Shown: positions 30,513 to 41,460 of the stretch, piece after piece
How positions within the stretch are numbered: the first letter of the stretch is position 1
Layout of the letters: each line of letters begins with the position of its first letter
Source of the DNA: Candidatus Multivoradales bacterium
GTDB taxonomy: Bacteria; Acidobacteriota; Thermoanaerobaculia; Multivoradales; JAHEKO01
NCBI GenBank assembly: GCA_965248055.1
Contig: CBDFIJ010000004.1
Location: 704,001 to 768,000, forward strand
Direction of reading: 5' to 3'
Length of the DNA: 64,000 nt
Notes under the pieces: model-generated
The model's database searches: none
Told to the model about the DNA's origin: nothing
What the model saw: only the letters and a program-made list of their open reading frames with translations
Translations under genes and position numbers: made by a program

Positions 30513-32600
30513 TTAGGAATCGGCGGTGTCGATCGCCCGTCGATCCACCGCCATCTGAGAAAGGTCGCCAACTTGGCCGAACAGTGCATCCACCTGCGCC
30601 AGCAAACCCAGGCGGTTGTTGCGAATGGTGCTGTCCGGGTCCATCACCAGAACTTGGTCGAAGAATCTCTCCAAGATCGGTGCGTAGCCAGCCACATGGG
30701 CCAAAGCGCCCTCGTAATCTCGTCGTTGAATGGTTGCCTCTACAACTTCTCGGTCAACACGAATCGCTTGCCACAAGTCTTTTTCAGCACTGTGTTGAAA
30801 GTGCTTTTCATCGACCGTCGACCCTGTATCTTGGCCACTCAAAATATTACGGATCCGCTTGGCGGCATCGGCAACAGTGACAAAACCACTGCCAGCTCTC
30901 GCTCGATGTAGCGCGGTGGTGCGCGCCAACGCCGCATTCGGCAGATCATCCACCGCCACCGCAGCAGCCACCTCGTCGTAGGCAAATCCACGACGCCCCA
31001 GAAGGCTGCGCACCCGGTCTTGCAGAAAGGCGGTCAGCGCTTCCATCGACTCCGCTGGGTCACCCTTGAGTTGTTCGCGGTGGAGCTCGATCGCTTCGCT
31101 AGCCAGCTGCCGTAGATCCAGTTCCAAACCGGAACCGATTAAGATCTCCACCGCCCCTTGGGCTGCACGGCGCAGCGCAAACGGATCCTTGCTGCCACTC
31201 GGGATCAGCCCCAAAGCAAAGAACCCTCCTAGCGTCACCATGCGGTCCGCGATCCCCAACAACTGTGCCACCTCCCCCTGGGGGATTGGCTCCTCACTTG
31301 AGGCTGGCTGATACTGCTGATAGATGGCCGCCGCGACCTCTTCTGGATAATCCTGTTCGCGGGCATAGACGCCACCAATCACGCCCTGCAAACTGGTGAA
31401 TTCCTTGACCACTTCACAAGTCAGATCGACTTTGGCCAAGGAAGCGGCGGTCGCCAGAAACGGTTGCAAATCACCGCGATTGAGGCTGCGGCACAAGAAA
31501 TCTCCGTAGCTGGCGATGCGAACGGTTTTGTCCTGATAGGAGCCGAGGGCGCGGTGAAAAGTCAGTCGCGCCAAGTCGGCACGGCGCTCATTGAGGCCCC
31601 GCTTGCGGTCTTCCGCGACAAAGAATCGGGCATCTTCCAGCCGGGCGGCGACCACCCATTCATTGCCCTGTCGCACCAGTCCTTGTGGATCATCCGGGCG
31701 GTCCATCACCGTGAGAAACGCTGGCAATGCCTTTCCTTGTGCTTGCACGCTGAACGCACTTTGATGGTCGCGCAGGCTAGCTTGCAGGACTTCCGCCGGG
31801 ATCCCCTCAGGATCGCAGCTCCCCACCACCACTCCTGGGATCTCGCAGACCGCCGCGAGTCGATCGAGTAGCTCATCGTCAGTCGGTACCTCTCCCCCTA
31901 GTTCGGCAGCAGCAGTGGCAAATCCCTCGGCTAGAATCTCTCGGCGACGAGCGCCACGAATCTCGATCCCCTGCTCGGCCAATGCTTGGCTGTAGTCTTG
32001 CCAGCCATGCACCGTGATCGGCTGCGGAAGCAAGATAGGGTGCGCGATCGTCTCCCGTCCGCTGTTGACGCCAAACAGTTCAAACGGAACCACCTCGCCA
32101 TCCAGCAGGGCAACAATGCCCTTGACTGGCCGAACCCAAGGACCCAACGAGGCTCCCCAACGCATCGACTTGGGCCACTCGATATCGACGATCATCTTGG
32201 GAGCCAACGCCGCCAGGATTTCCGCCATCGGTTGGCCGGCAATCTGCTGGATCACCGCCGCGTACTCCCCTTTGGGCGTCTGGCGACGTTCTACCTGATC
32301 GACTTCGACCCCACAGCGCTGAGCAAATCCGAGCAACGCCTTGGTTGGCGTCCCATCGTCGACAAAAGCAACGCTGACTGGGGGTCCCAGGACTTCTTCC
32401 TGGCGATCCGGCTCGCGGTCGACCAACCCCTGAAGACAAACCACCAAGCGGCGCAACGTGTAGTGACTCTCCACGACTTCAGGCGGAAGCCCACGGGTCA
32501 CCAAGTTTTCAAACAACGAAGCGGCCAACCTGCGACTGGCACTCTCCAGCAGACGAGCCGGAATCTCCTCGGTGCGGACTTCCAAGAGGAACTCAGCCAT
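30513..32600 (-). CDS. glyS: Glycine--tRNA ligase beta subunit
   Basis: [55 protein letters not shown]. Confidence 0.96.
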   Translation of the reverse strand: MAEFLLEVRTEEIPARLLESASRRLAASLFENLVTRGLPPEVVESHYTLRRLVVCLQGLVDREPDRQEEVLGPPVSVAFVDDGTPTKALLGFAQRCGVEVDQVERRQTPKGEYAAVIQQIAGQPMAEILAALAPKMIVDIEWPKSMRWGASLGPWVRPVKGIVALLDGEVVPFELFGVNSGRETIAHPILLPQPITVHGWQDYSQALAEQGIEIRGARRREILAEGFATAAAELGGEVPTDDELLDRLAAVCEIPGVVVGSCDPEGIPAEVLQASLRDHQSAFSVQAQGKALPAFLTVMDRPDDPQGLVRQGNEWVVAARLEDARFFVAEDRKRGLNERRADLARLTFHRALGSYQDKTVRIASYGDFLCRSLNRGDLQPFLATAASLAKVDLTCEVVKEFTSLQGVIGGVYAREQDYPEEVAAAIYQQYQPASSEEPIPQGEVAQLLGIADRMVTLGGFFALGLIPSGSKDPFALRRAAQGAVEILIGSGLELDLRQLASEAIELHREQLKGDPAESMEALTAFLQDRVRSLLGRRGFAYDEVAAAVAVDDLPNAALARTTALHRARAGSGFVTVADAAKRIRNILSGQDTGSTVDEKHFQHSAEKDLWQAIRVDREVVEATIQRRDYEGALAHVAGYAPILERFFDQVLVMDPDSTIRNNRLGLLAQVDALFGQVGDLSQMAVDRRAIDTADS

Positions 32601-33480
32601 GCGTCGCACCCTCCTGAATTTCGTCCTGCTCAACGTCGACGCCCTTGCTTACATAAACCTGTGCGCAAGCCACCGAAAGATTGCGCACGCGCTTGATCAC
32701 CGCCACCCGTTCGGTCGCTGAAATCGCTCCCCTAGCGTCCAGAACGTTGAATAGATGCGAACAACGCAAGGCGCACTCGTAGGCTGGCAAGACCTGACCG
32801 TGCTCTAGACAACGCATCGATTCTTTCTCGCAGCCATCGAACTGCTGCTGCAAGAAGTCGACGTCGGCGATCTCAAAGTAATAATGCGAAGACTCCACCT
32901 CATCTTGGTGGCGCACCTGCCCGTAACTGGTTCCGGCCACCCACTCGACGTCGTAAACACTACGATGACGACCGAGAAACATCGCGATTCGTTCAAGTCC
33001 GTAGGTGATCTCAGCAGAGATCGGATTCAGTTCTAGACCGCCAACTTGCTGAAAGTAGGTGAACTGGGTGATTTCCATACCGTCCAGCATCACCTGCCAG
33101 CCGAGGCCCCAGGCTCCCAGCGTCGGCGCCTCCCAGTTGTCTTCTTCAAAGCGCAGATCATGCACGCCAAGATCAATTCCGATCGCTTCTAAGCTCTGGA
33201 CATACACCTGCTGCACATCGGTGGGTGCCGGCTTGAGGATCACTTGCAGTTGGTGATGCTTGCCCAAACGAAAGGGATTGTCTCCGTAGCGGGCATCGGC
33301 GGGTCGACGCGAAGGCTGCACGAAGGCCACCCGCCAAGGCTCGCTGCCCAACACCCGAAGAAAGGTATCTGGGTGCATCGTCCCAGCTCCGACTTCGGTG
33401 TCGTAGGCCTGCTGAATGACACAACCCTGATCTGCCCAATAGGCAGTCAGCCGTTGGATTAATTCCTGGAAATTCAGCAT
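32593..33480 (-). CDS. glyQ: Glycine--tRNA ligase alpha subunit
   Basis: [53 protein letters not shown]. Confidence 0.97.
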   Translation of the reverse strand: MLNFQELIQRLTAYWADQGCVIQQAYDTEVGAGTMHPDTFLRVLGSEPWRVAFVQPSRRPADARYGDNPFRLGKHHQLQVILKPAPTDVQQVYVQSLEAIGIDLGVHDLRFEEDNWEAPTLGAWGLGWQVMLDGMEITQFTYFQQVGGLELNPISAEITYGLERIAMFLGRHRSVYDVEWVAGTSYGQVRHQDEVESSHYYFEIADVDFLQQQFDGCEKESMRCLEHGQVLPAYECALRCSHLFNVLDARGAISATERVAVIKRVRNLSVACAQVYVSKGVDVEQDEIQEGATHG

Positions 33481-34223
33481 TAAGGTGTCTCGTGAAGAAT
33501 GTCTTGCAGAACTCGATAACTACGCAATTCGGTGTCGAGGAACCGCCTGCGAATTGTCGCACAAATCGAGTCGACCTCGGATAGCACGTCCGGTGGCCAA
33601 TCGAGGGATGCTAAGTCTTCTGGAGAACGGCGTCGACTCAGGGCGATGAATCCCAACGATTCTCTGGCAATCGCACCGTCTTTCCCCAAACACTGGGAGC
33701 AAACAAAGCCTTGCTCGCGCAGGCTCGCGGTCTCGGTCAACGCGCGTCCACAAGAAGCGCAGGCGCTTGGTTCAACCATAACTCCGGCCAAACGCAATAC
33801 CCATAACTCGAAGTATCGAACCACCGCCTCCCGACTCGCGCCTTCGAGCAAACTGGTCACCACCCGTTCCAGCAGACGGTATAGCTCCGGCGAACTGTCG
33901 CGCTCTTGAGCAAAGGTCTCGGTTTGGTCCGCCAAGTAGGCAGCGTAGAGGATGTCTTCCAATTGTTGATGCAACCCCTCCGCGGGCCGCACTAAGTCGA
34001 GTTCCGAGAAGCGCACCAGATCACTGCTGTCTTTTTCCATCCAACTGGCTTGTACCTTGGCCAGTGGATGTAAGGGCGCGGCGAAGCGACTAAACTTTCG
34101 TTTCGAGCCTTTGGCGACGCCTCGGACTTTGCCGTGTTCCACGGTGAGTATCGAGACGATTCGATCGGTCTCCTGGAGATCCCGGATCGACAGCACCTGG
34201 GCCTCTGCGGTCACCAAGCGCAC
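33480..34223 (-). CDS. recO: DNA repair protein RecO
   Basis: [26 protein letters not shown], Zn finger CASCG...CSQC. GTG start 34223. Confidence 0.93.
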   Translation of the reverse strand: MRLVTAEAQVLSIRDLQETDRIVSILTVEHGKVRGVAKGSKRKFSRFAAPLHPLAKVQASWMEKDSSDLVRFSELDLVRPAEGLHQQLEDILYAAYLADQTETFAQERDSSPELYRLLERVVTSLLEGASREAVVRYFELWVLRLAGVMVEPSACASCGRALTETASLREQGFVCSQCLGKDGAIARESLGFIALSRRRSPEDLASLDWPPDVLSEVDSICATIRRRFLDTELRSYRVLQDILHETP

Positions 34224-34230
34224 CGAGGAG

Positions 34231-35610
34231 CTACCCCACCAGATAGTGAAGAAAAACGGACGACAGCCCCATGAAGACCAAGATTCCGGTGACGTCATTG
34301 ATGGTGGTGACCATCGGACCAGCCGCAACCGCCGGATCCACGCCCAGCCGTTCAAAGAGCAACGGCAATGCCGAGCCGCTCAAGGATGCGATCATTACCG
34401 CCGACATCAACGACAAACCCACCACCAAGCCGTAGTAGGGATTGCGCTCCAGAAGCACAGCGCCGCCGGCAACCAGCAAAGCACAGACGATCCCGATCGC
34501 GGCTCCGACCTTGACCTGTTGCCAGAGAAACGCGCGCCGACCCTCGCGCGCCTGGACTCGCCCAGTAGCCAGTCCACGCACAGTAATCGTCGAAGCCTGG
34601 GTACCGATATTGCCCGCCATCCCCATCACCACTGGGACAAACCAGATCAGCATCATGCGCTCGCCCATCGAAAGCTGAAACTTCTCCCACAGCAGTCCGG
34701 CAATGGTCAAACCGACCAAATTCACCAGCAGCCAAGGCAGTCGAATTCTGGCCACCTGCCAACTGCGATCTTGATAGAGAAGTTCGTTGTCGGACGAACC
34801 CATCATCTTGAGTAGGTCCTCGTCCGCTTCTTCTTGCAGTACGTCGACCACATCGTCCACCGTGACAATCCCTTCCAGCCGACTCTTGACGTCCACCACT
34901 GGAATCGCCAGCAAGTCGTAGCGGGCAACCAGACGCGCCAGCTCCTCCTGGTCGGTGTTGACGTTGGCGGTGATCACCGATCGCGTCATGATGTCGGCCA
35001 GAGTCTGCTCCGGTCTCGCCAAAAGCAATTGGCGCAACGAAACCACACCCAGCAGATGTTGATCTTCGTCAACCACGTAGACGTAGAAAATCATCTCTGT
35101 GCTGGTGGCCTCGCGCACCGCCTCGACCGCTTGAGCGACGCTTTGCTCTGCCGCCAGAGCGAAGAACTCAGCGTCCATGATCCGCCCGGCCGAGTCTTCG
35201 GCGTAGTCGAGTTGCTCCTGGACCTCGCTCAACTCGCCGATCGATCCACTCTCCAGAATCTCCTCACGCAGAGCGTCAGGCAAATCTTCAACCACCGCGA
35301 CAGCGTCATTGACCGCCATCGACCCCAAGATCGCCGCCACACTCTCTCTCGGCAGGTCCTCAAGCAGCGACAACCTTTCCGAGGGATCCAGAGTGGTCAC
35401 GAACTCGCCAATGCTGTCGGGATAATCGGTGCGCAGAACCTGAAATACAAAGTCCTGCTCTGCAGGCGGCAGGCCTGCCAGCGCCAAGGCTGCGTCTTCC
35501 GGACGAACCTTGTCCAGTAGCCGGGACAAGAGCGCCCGCGCCCGACGTCTGGCTAAACGTCGAACTCGGTCTCTAACGACGCTTGAGCGAGTTTGTGGGG
35601 TCGCTACCAT
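34231..35610 (-). CDS. mgtE: Magnesium transporter MgtE
   Basis: YAEDSAGRIM, CBS pair, GIVTVDD, RLPWL, MAGNIGTQ, DPAVAAGPMVTTIND. Confidence 0.96.
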   Translation of the reverse strand: MVATPQTRSSVVRDRVRRLARRRARALLSRLLDKVRPEDAALALAGLPPAEQDFVFQVLRTDYPDSIGEFVTTLDPSERLSLLEDLPRESVAAILGSMAVNDAVAVVEDLPDALREEILESGSIGELSEVQEQLDYAEDSAGRIMDAEFFALAAEQSVAQAVEAVREATSTEMIFYVYVVDEDQHLLGVVSLRQLLLARPEQTLADIMTRSVITANVNTDQEELARLVARYDLLAIPVVDVKSRLEGIVTVDDVVDVLQEEADEDLLKMMGSSDNELLYQDRSWQVARIRLPWLLVNLVGLTIAGLLWEKFQLSMGERMMLIWFVPVVMGMAGNIGTQASTITVRGLATGRVQAREGRRAFLWQQVKVGAAIGIVCALLVAGGAVLLERNPYYGLVVGLSLMSAVMIASLSGSALPLLFERLGVDPAVAAGPMVTTINDVTGILVFMGLSSVFLHYLVG

Positions 35611-35625
35611 CGGCCGATGGTAGCA
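35603..35625 (-). promoter_or_regulatory. Extended -10 plus perfect 22-bp palindrome over the mgtE start
   Basis: TG-C-TACCAT, 6 nt, ATG. Palindrome GCTACCATCGGCCGATGGTAGC at 35603-35624. Confidence 0.55.
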
Positions 35626-35693
35626 CAAAGCCCTTTGAAAGCCACTCGCAAACAGCGACCTAAGTTGCTGACCGTAAAGGATTTATATAGAGT

Positions 35694-36602
35694 CTACCTG
35701 ACACCCGGAAGATCCGGCTCTAGAGAGGAAAGGATGCTCTCCTTTTCCCGCCATCCCGGTTCCACTCTGACGTGTAGGTCCAAGTAGACCTTGGTATCGA
35801 GCAGTTTTTCCAACTCGATGCGTGCCGCGGTGCCGATCTCTCGAACCATTGACCCCCCCTTGCCGATCAAGATCTTTCGATGGTTATCGCGCTCGGCGAG
35901 AATGGTGGCCATGATTCGGGTCAGGTTCCCGTCCCGTTCGACCTGCTCGATGCGCACCGCGGTGGTGAAAGCCAACTCATCGCGGGTATTAGCGAGCATT
36001 TGTTCTCGGATCCGTTCGGCGATTTCATAGTGCAGCTTGAGCTCCGGCTCGCTGTCGGCCGAAAACGCCGGAGGTGCCACCGGCAGGTGGCTGAACAGAA
36101 TCTCTTTGAGTTTCCCCACACCATCGCCGGTCAGCGCACTGAGCGGAATTACATCGCTGACACCCTCAGCGGCAGCGTAGCGCTCGATACGCGGTAGTAG
36201 CCCCGGTTTTGCCGCTCGGTCGACCTTGTTGAGGATTACGATCTTGGGATTGGCGGTCTTGGCCACAGCTTCCAGCAAGTAAGAGTCGCCGCCGCCAAAC
36301 GCCACCGCGGCATCGACCACCAACGCCACCAGATCCGCTCGGCGCAGAGTGTCCTCGGCGATGCGCATCATCTGTCGGTTCATCCGATGCAGCGGACGGT
36401 GAAAGCCTGGGGTATCAAACAACAGTGCTTGTTGTTGTCCCTCGGTTAACACTCCACGCAACAGATGGCGCGTGGTCTGCGGTTTGTCGGAGACAATCGC
36501 CGCCTTGCGGCCCAACAAAGCGTTGAGCAGCGTCGACTTGCCAGCGTTGGGACGTCCGACCAAGGCGACGCTGCCAAACCGAGGTTCAACTGGGTCGGTC
36601 AC
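35694..36602 (-). CDS. era: GTPase Era
   Basis: GRPNAGKST, KPQTTR, DTPG, NKVD, KH domain ILIGKGG. SD GGAGG before GTG 36602. Confidence 0.96.
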   Translation of the reverse strand: MTDPVEPRFGSVALVGRPNAGKSTLLNALLGRKAAIVSDKPQTTRHLLRGVLTEGQQQALLFDTPGFHRPLHRMNRQMMRIAEDTLRRADLVALVVDAAVAFGGGDSYLLEAVAKTANPKIVILNKVDRAAKPGLLPRIERYAAAEGVSDVIPLSALTGDGVGKLKEILFSHLPVAPPAFSADSEPELKLHYEIAERIREQMLANTRDELAFTTAVRIEQVERDGNLTRIMATILAERDNHRKILIGKGGSMVREIGTAARIELEKLLDTKVYLDLHVRVEPGWREKESILSSLEPDLPGVR

Positions 36603-37158
36603 CGGACGTCCTCCCAGATTGGATAAGCCAACGATCCCGCAAGGACAATTCAAGACGGTTCATTTCTCCGTCATCACTGTCATGGTCGTGACCAAGGCAA
36701 TGGATCAGCCCGTGCAGGATCAGGTACTTCAACTCGGTGTGTAACGAATGTTCTTGTTCTTGGGCCTGCCGTGCGGCGGTATCCAGCGAGATTGCAATGT
36801 CTCCCAGAACGGACTCCGGTGCGGTTGGATCTCCAGGAAAGGACAGTACATCGGTTGCGGTGTCACAACCGCGAAACTGACGATTGAGATCGGCAACTTC
36901 GGTGTCCGCAAGCAAGGCAATGGCAACCGGACCGCCATCTTGAAATTCAGCGGCCAGCAGGGTTGCTAGCCAGACCGCCAAAGCCTCGGGGCCAACGTCT
37001 GAGCGGTAGCCGAGCACAGCCTGAGAAATCCGAATATCCCCGCCCGCGAACGAAAGCTCACTCTGGAGATCTTCTGCGGTGAGATCCCAATCCAAAGAAT
37101 CAGCGCTGCTGCACACGGTTTTGGTTTGGCGGGCACCCGTTGAACGAGCGACGATCAC
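36586..37158 (-). CDS. ybeY: rRNA maturation RNase YbeY (start uncertain)
   Basis: LNRQFRG..ATDVLSFP, LGDIAIS, HGLIHCLGHDH. Confidence 0.93.
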   Translation of the reverse strand: MIVARSTGARQTKTVCSSADSLDWDLTAEDLQSELSFAGGDIRISQAVLGYRSDVGPEALAVWLATLLAAEFQDGGPVAIALLADTEVADLNRQFRGCDTATDVLSFPGDPTAPESVLGDIAISLDTAARQAQEQEHSLHTELKYLILHGLIHCLGHDHDSDDGEMNRLELSLRDRWLIQSGRTSGDRPS

Positions 37159-39536
37159 CGCTGCCCTAAATCGGTGTTGCCGTGAGCTGACAGATCGTCG
37201 AGCACTGTCTCTGAGCCTCGATTGCCAGATTGGTCACGCTCGAACTTGAAGCCTGGATACTCCACCCTTCGGTGAAAAATATTCGACAGTAGATAGAAGA
37301 ACGCGTCACGTACCTGACTCAAGTCGGCCAGGGTCAATTGGGTTTCATCCAACTGTCCGTCCTGAACCGCGTCATCGGTGATTCGATCAACCACCGAACG
37401 CAGAGTGTCCAAAGACGGGTCCTGCAAACTGCGGCTGGCTGCCTCAATCCCGTCTGCCAGCATCAGAACCCCCATCACCCGGCTCCTCGGACGGGGGCCC
37501 GGATAGCGAAAGTCAGCTTCCGCCACTTCTCCACCTTGTTCCTGTGCTTTGCGGTAGAAGAAGTTGATCCGACGGGTACCGTGATGCTGTTCGATGCCGT
37601 CGATCAACGGCTGCGGCAAACGATGTTGTCGACCCAGTTTGACGCCGTCTTTGACGTGACTAATGAGAATCAAGGCACTCATGTTGGGCGACAATTGATC
37701 ATGACGATTGCGCTCGCCGGCTTGATTCTCGATGAAGTACTCGGGCCGGTAGGACTTGCCGATGTCGTGGTAAAGGCCGGCGGTATGAGCCAACACGGCA
37801 TCAGCACCGATCGCCTCGCAACCCGCCTTGGCCAGATTTGCCACCATCATCGAGTGCTGAAAGGTACCCGGTGCGTCGAACGCCAAGCGGCGAAGCACCG
37901 GCAAGTTAGTGTTGGAGAGTTCCACCAGACGCAAGTCGGTGGTGATCCCCAACAACGGCTCCAAGATCGGCATGACAAAGCTCGCCGAAGCACCGGCCAA
38001 AAGCCCAGAAGCCAAAGCACAAGTGGCAAACCAGGCCAACTCAGCGAGCGAAGTCTGCTTGTCGGACAAGGTAAACAGCATCAACACCACCGCCACCTGG
38101 GCTGCAGCGATAATCAGCCCCAAGCGCAGCAAGGTGCCCCGGTGCTTGAGTGCAGTCCGTTCGACGGCGAAGGTCGCGGTAAACGATCCAGCAGCGGCGT
38201 AGACCAAGACTTCGAGTCCAGAATTGGTCACCGAAACACCCAGAATTAAGGCGTACACCAACCCCAGTAATCCGCCAATTTCCCGCCGATACAAAAGAGA
38301 TGCTGTTAACGCCAAGCTGGCAACCGGCACACCAAAGGTATAGGCCAGCGAGGAGTTGAACGGAGCGTTAGAACCTCGCATCGCCAAGGCTTCCGCCAAA
38401 ACTAAACCCAAGCGGGTCAGCATCAAGGCCACGGACAAAAGCAACGCCGCTTCACAAAACAGCCGGCGACGCGACTTGGTGGGAAACTCCATGCGTTCCA
38501 GGGCCACCCAAAGCAACCACATCACCAGACTGATCAGCAGAATCCGTCCCAGCAAGATCTTGCCCATCGCCCAGCTCCAGCCACTGGGAGCCAGTTGACC
38601 CAAGGCTTCCGCCGCGGTTGTGCCGATCCGGTCGCCGCGACGCACGATGACTTGTCCGGTGGCAATCTGGCGATAGACCTCAGCCACTTCCTCAGCCGCC
38701 TCCTGTTGGCGTCTCTGGGTTTCGGCTCGGTTAGGAATCCAATTGGGAGAAAGATTCCGCATCATCCAGGCGGTCAGGACAGAGCGATTTTGCGAGCTGA
38801 GGCCGGGCCAAGAACGCTCTCGACCGCGCACGAACTCGGCGACCTCATCCGGGTACTCCCGGACGTCAAACAGGTCGACTACGTGCTGTTCTTGATCGTC
38901 CGAGACGTTGCGTAACTCCACTCCTGTCGACCGGAGTTCCAACAACGAGGCCTTGTTGGCAACCACGCCAGTGGAAAACACATCGCTCGCCAAGCCGCGG
39001 ATCCGGTCCTCCAACTCAGGCGAAAACTCGCGCTCAAAAAATAAATCGATCGCCGCATCGTCACTCTGTAATTGGGCGGCTTGCACCAGTGCCTGGCGGG
39101 CTTCTTCGGTATCTTCAGAACCACTCTCGATAATCCCCCGACCGGCCTCAAAGAGCCGTGCCAGCGAGGCATCCAAATCGCGCTCCAGCGCAAGATCTCG
39201 ATCGTAGACCGGGAGCACTTCATCGCGCGCTTGGCGCCGCCGCGCCGAAGTCGTCTCGCTATCCAGCAGCAGCAGATCCCGGGTCGCCACATAGTCGCGC
39301 GTGGCAATCTCCTCCGCTCCTTGCGCTCTGCGAGCCAGCCCGGTGGCCAATCGAGGATCACTCACAAGCCCGGCAACCAGGACCACCAGCCCCCAAAGCG
39401 CCGGTTGGCGCAACAACTGAGCCCAAATCCGGCCTTGATGCTCCGACAGCTTGGCCAACCAGCCAGAGGTGCCCCCTGTGACCACGCGCACCGTTTGTTT
39501 TCTCTGTTCGGACTTCTTCTGCTCAGCCATTGTCAT
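37155..39536 (-). CDS. 7TM-HD phosphohydrolase (PgpH/YqfF-like, putative c-di-AMP phosphodiesterase)
   Basis: Extracytoplasmic domain (GQVIVRRGD), 7 TM helices, APGTFQHS, LYHDIGK..PEYFIENQ, HVKDG, QHHGT, FRYPGPRP, MLADGIEAASR. Confidence 0.92.
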   Translation of the reverse strand: MTMAEQKKSEQRKQTVRVVTGGTSGWLAKLSEHQGRIWAQLLRQPALWGLVVLVAGLVSDPRLATGLARRAQGAEEIATRDYVATRDLLLLDSETTSARRRQARDEVLPVYDRDLALERDLDASLARLFEAGRGIIESGSEDTEEARQALVQAAQLQSDDAAIDLFFEREFSPELEDRIRGLASDVFSTGVVANKASLLELRSTGVELRNVSDDQEQHVVDLFDVREYPDEVAEFVRGRERSWPGLSSQNRSVLTAWMMRNLSPNWIPNRAETQRRQQEAAEEVAEVYRQIATGQVIVRRGDRIGTTAAEALGQLAPSGWSWAMGKILLGRILLISLVMWLLWVALERMEFPTKSRRRLFCEAALLLSVALMLTRLGLVLAEALAMRGSNAPFNSSLAYTFGVPVASLALTASLLYRREIGGLLGLVYALILGVSVTNSGLEVLVYAAAGSFTATFAVERTALKHRGTLLRLGLIIAAAQVAVVLMLFTLSDKQTSLAELAWFATCALASGLLAGASASFVMPILEPLLGITTDLRLVELSNTNLPVLRRLAFDAPGTFQHSMMVANLAKAGCEAIGADAVLAHTAGLYHDIGKSYRPEYFIENQAGERNRHDQLSPNMSALILISHVKDGVKLGRQHRLPQPLIDGIEQHHGTRRINFFYRKAQEQGGEVAEADFRYPGPRPRSRVMGVLMLADGIEAASRSLQDPSLDTLRSVVDRITDDAVQDGQLDETQLTLADLSQVRDAFFYLLSNIFHRRVEYPGFKFERDQSGNRGSETVLDDLSAHGNTDLGQR

Positions 39537-40491
39537 GCGCCTCGTAGGCGTTGATAATCCGCTGCACCAGTCGATGACGCACCACGTCCTGTGGTTCAAA
39601 ATAGAGGAATTCGACCCCTTGGATACCACTCAAGACTCTCTCAGCGTCGCGAAGACCAGAGCGATCAGGCCGCGGTAGATCCACTTGGGTGATATCGCCG
39701 TTGACCACTGCCCTTGAGCCAAACCCGATTCGGGTGAGAAACATCTTCATCTGTTCTGGCGTGGTGTTTTGCGCTTCATCCAAAATTACAAAGCTGTCAT
39801 TCAAGGTGCGACCGCGCATGAAGGCAATCGGTGCCACCTCGATTACACCGCGTTCAATCATCTTACTGACTTGATCGAAGCCGATGATGTCGTAGAGCGC
39901 GTCGTAGAGTGGACGCAGATAAGGGTTGACCTTCTCCACCAGATCTCCGGGCAAGAAACCCAACTTCTCCCCCGCCTCAACCGCGGGGCGAGCCAACACC
40001 AGTCGAGAAATCTGCTTCTCCCTAAGCAAGGCCGCGGCCATCGCCACCGCTAGGTAGGTCTTACCAGTACCCGCTGGTCCGATCGAGACCACCAAGTCGT
40101 TCTCCGCCATCGCTTGCAGGTAGCGGTGTTGGTTAACCGTCCGCGGTCGCACATAACGCCGCGCCGCGTGTACCAAACCGTCACCGAGAAAAACCGACTG
40201 CAGAGACAATCCAGGTTGTTGTTGATGGGTGCTCAACGCGGTAGTGATGTCTTCGTCACGAAATTCGAAACCGGCGGACAAAAGCTGACCCACGCTGGAA
40301 AAGAATTCCACCGCACTGGCCACCGCATCAGCGTTGCCGCCCAGATGCAAGACGCTGCCACGAGCGTTGAGTTCTACCTCCAACTTCTCCTCCAAGAGAC
40401 GTAAGTTACGATCCTTGGGACCGTACAGCGACTCAAGTCCACGGTTGCCGAGATCGACCTCAGCCTGCACCGTGCTGACGGCGGTGGTCAT
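39523..40491 (-). CDS. phoH: PhoH family ATPase
   Basis: GPAGTGKTYLA, RPAVEAGEKLGFLPGD, MRGRTL, DEAQN, GDITQVDLP, DVVRH. Confidence 0.95.
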   Translation of the reverse strand: MTTAVSTVQAEVDLGNRGLESLYGPKDRNLRLLEEKLEVELNARGSVLHLGGNADAVASAVEFFSSVGQLLSAGFEFRDEDITTALSTHQQQPGLSLQSVFLGDGLVHAARRYVRPRTVNQHRYLQAMAENDLVVSIGPAGTGKTYLAVAMAAALLREKQISRLVLARPAVEAGEKLGFLPGDLVEKVNPYLRPLYDALYDIIGFDQVSKMIERGVIEVAPIAFMRGRTLNDSFVILDEAQNTTPEQMKMFLTRIGFGSRAVVNGDITQVDLPRPDRSGLRDAERVLSGIQGVEFLYFEPQDVVRHRLVQRIINAYEAHDNG

Positions 40492-40529
40492 CGAGCTTGC
40501 CGGTATGCCGAGAAAGCGGTCATCAGAGC

Positions 40530-41384
40530 TTAACGTTGGTAATCATAAAAGCCTCGACCGCTTTTACGCCCCAGACGTCCGGCGGCCACCATCTGCTTGA
40601 GCAAGGGAGGCGGAGCAAACCGCTTCTCGCGATATTCCTCAAACATAATGTTGCCAATGTACAGGGTGGTATCGAGACCGACAAAGTCGAGCAGGGTGAA
40701 TGGCCCCATGGGATAGCCGCAACCCAATTGCATTCCTTTGTCTATGTCTTCGACCGACCCCACGCCCTCTTCCAAAGCACGAATTGCATCGAGCAAGTAA
40801 GGCACCAAGAGTCGATTGACGATGAACCCCGAGTTGTCTTTGCAAGCCACCGGCTGCTTGCCAATCGCCTCGGCGAAGGCATGCGCTGACTCGACGACCT
40901 GGTCCGAGGTCAGGATGGTCTGCACCACTTCGACCAGCTTCATCACCGGAACCGGATTGAAAAAGTGCAGTCCGACAAAGCGCTCCGGCCGCTGGGTCGA
41001 CATCGCCAATTGCGTAATGGTCAGCGAAGAAGTATTGGACGCGTAGATCGCGTCCTCTTTGATCACCTGGTCGACGGCAGCAAAGATTTTCGCCTTTTCG
41101 TCAACGTTCTCGATGATCGCTTCGATCACCAAATCACAATCGGCGAGATCCGCAACCTCGGTGGTGCCCTGAAGTCGGGCCAGCGTCGCGTCGCGGTCCT
41201 CCTCGGAGAGTTTGCCCTTGCCCACAGCACGCTCCAGCGAGCCGCTCAGTTTGGCCATACCCTTGTCGAGAAACTCCTGGTTCACTTCGCGAACCGTGGT
41301 GTCCAGTCCCGCCCGAGCGCAAACTTCGGCGATTCCCGATCCCATCAGCCCACAACCCAATACACCGACCTTGCTAATTTCCAT
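40530..41384 (-). CDS. hbd: 3-hydroxybutyryl-CoA dehydrogenase
   Basis: GCGLMGSGIA, ASNTSSL, GLHFFNPVP, GFIVNRLL, GYPMGP, GRKSGRGFY. Confidence 0.9.
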   Translation of the reverse strand: MEISKVGVLGCGLMGSGIAEVCARAGLDTTVREVNQEFLDKGMAKLSGSLERAVGKGKLSEEDRDATLARLQGTTEVADLADCDLVIEAIIENVDEKAKIFAAVDQVIKEDAIYASNTSSLTITQLAMSTQRPERFVGLHFFNPVPVMKLVEVVQTILTSDQVVESAHAFAEAIGKQPVACKDNSGFIVNRLLVPYLLDAIRALEEGVGSVEDIDKGMQLGCGYPMGPFTLLDFVGLDTTLYIGNIMFEEYREKRFAPPPLLKQMVAAGRLGRKSGRGFYDYQR

Positions 41385-41460
41385 CTCTGCTCCTTTTACC
41401 CACCGTGCTGTCAATCTCAGTGGCGGTCTGAGCCGCCGTTTGTCCCACTCTCAGCCTTGA

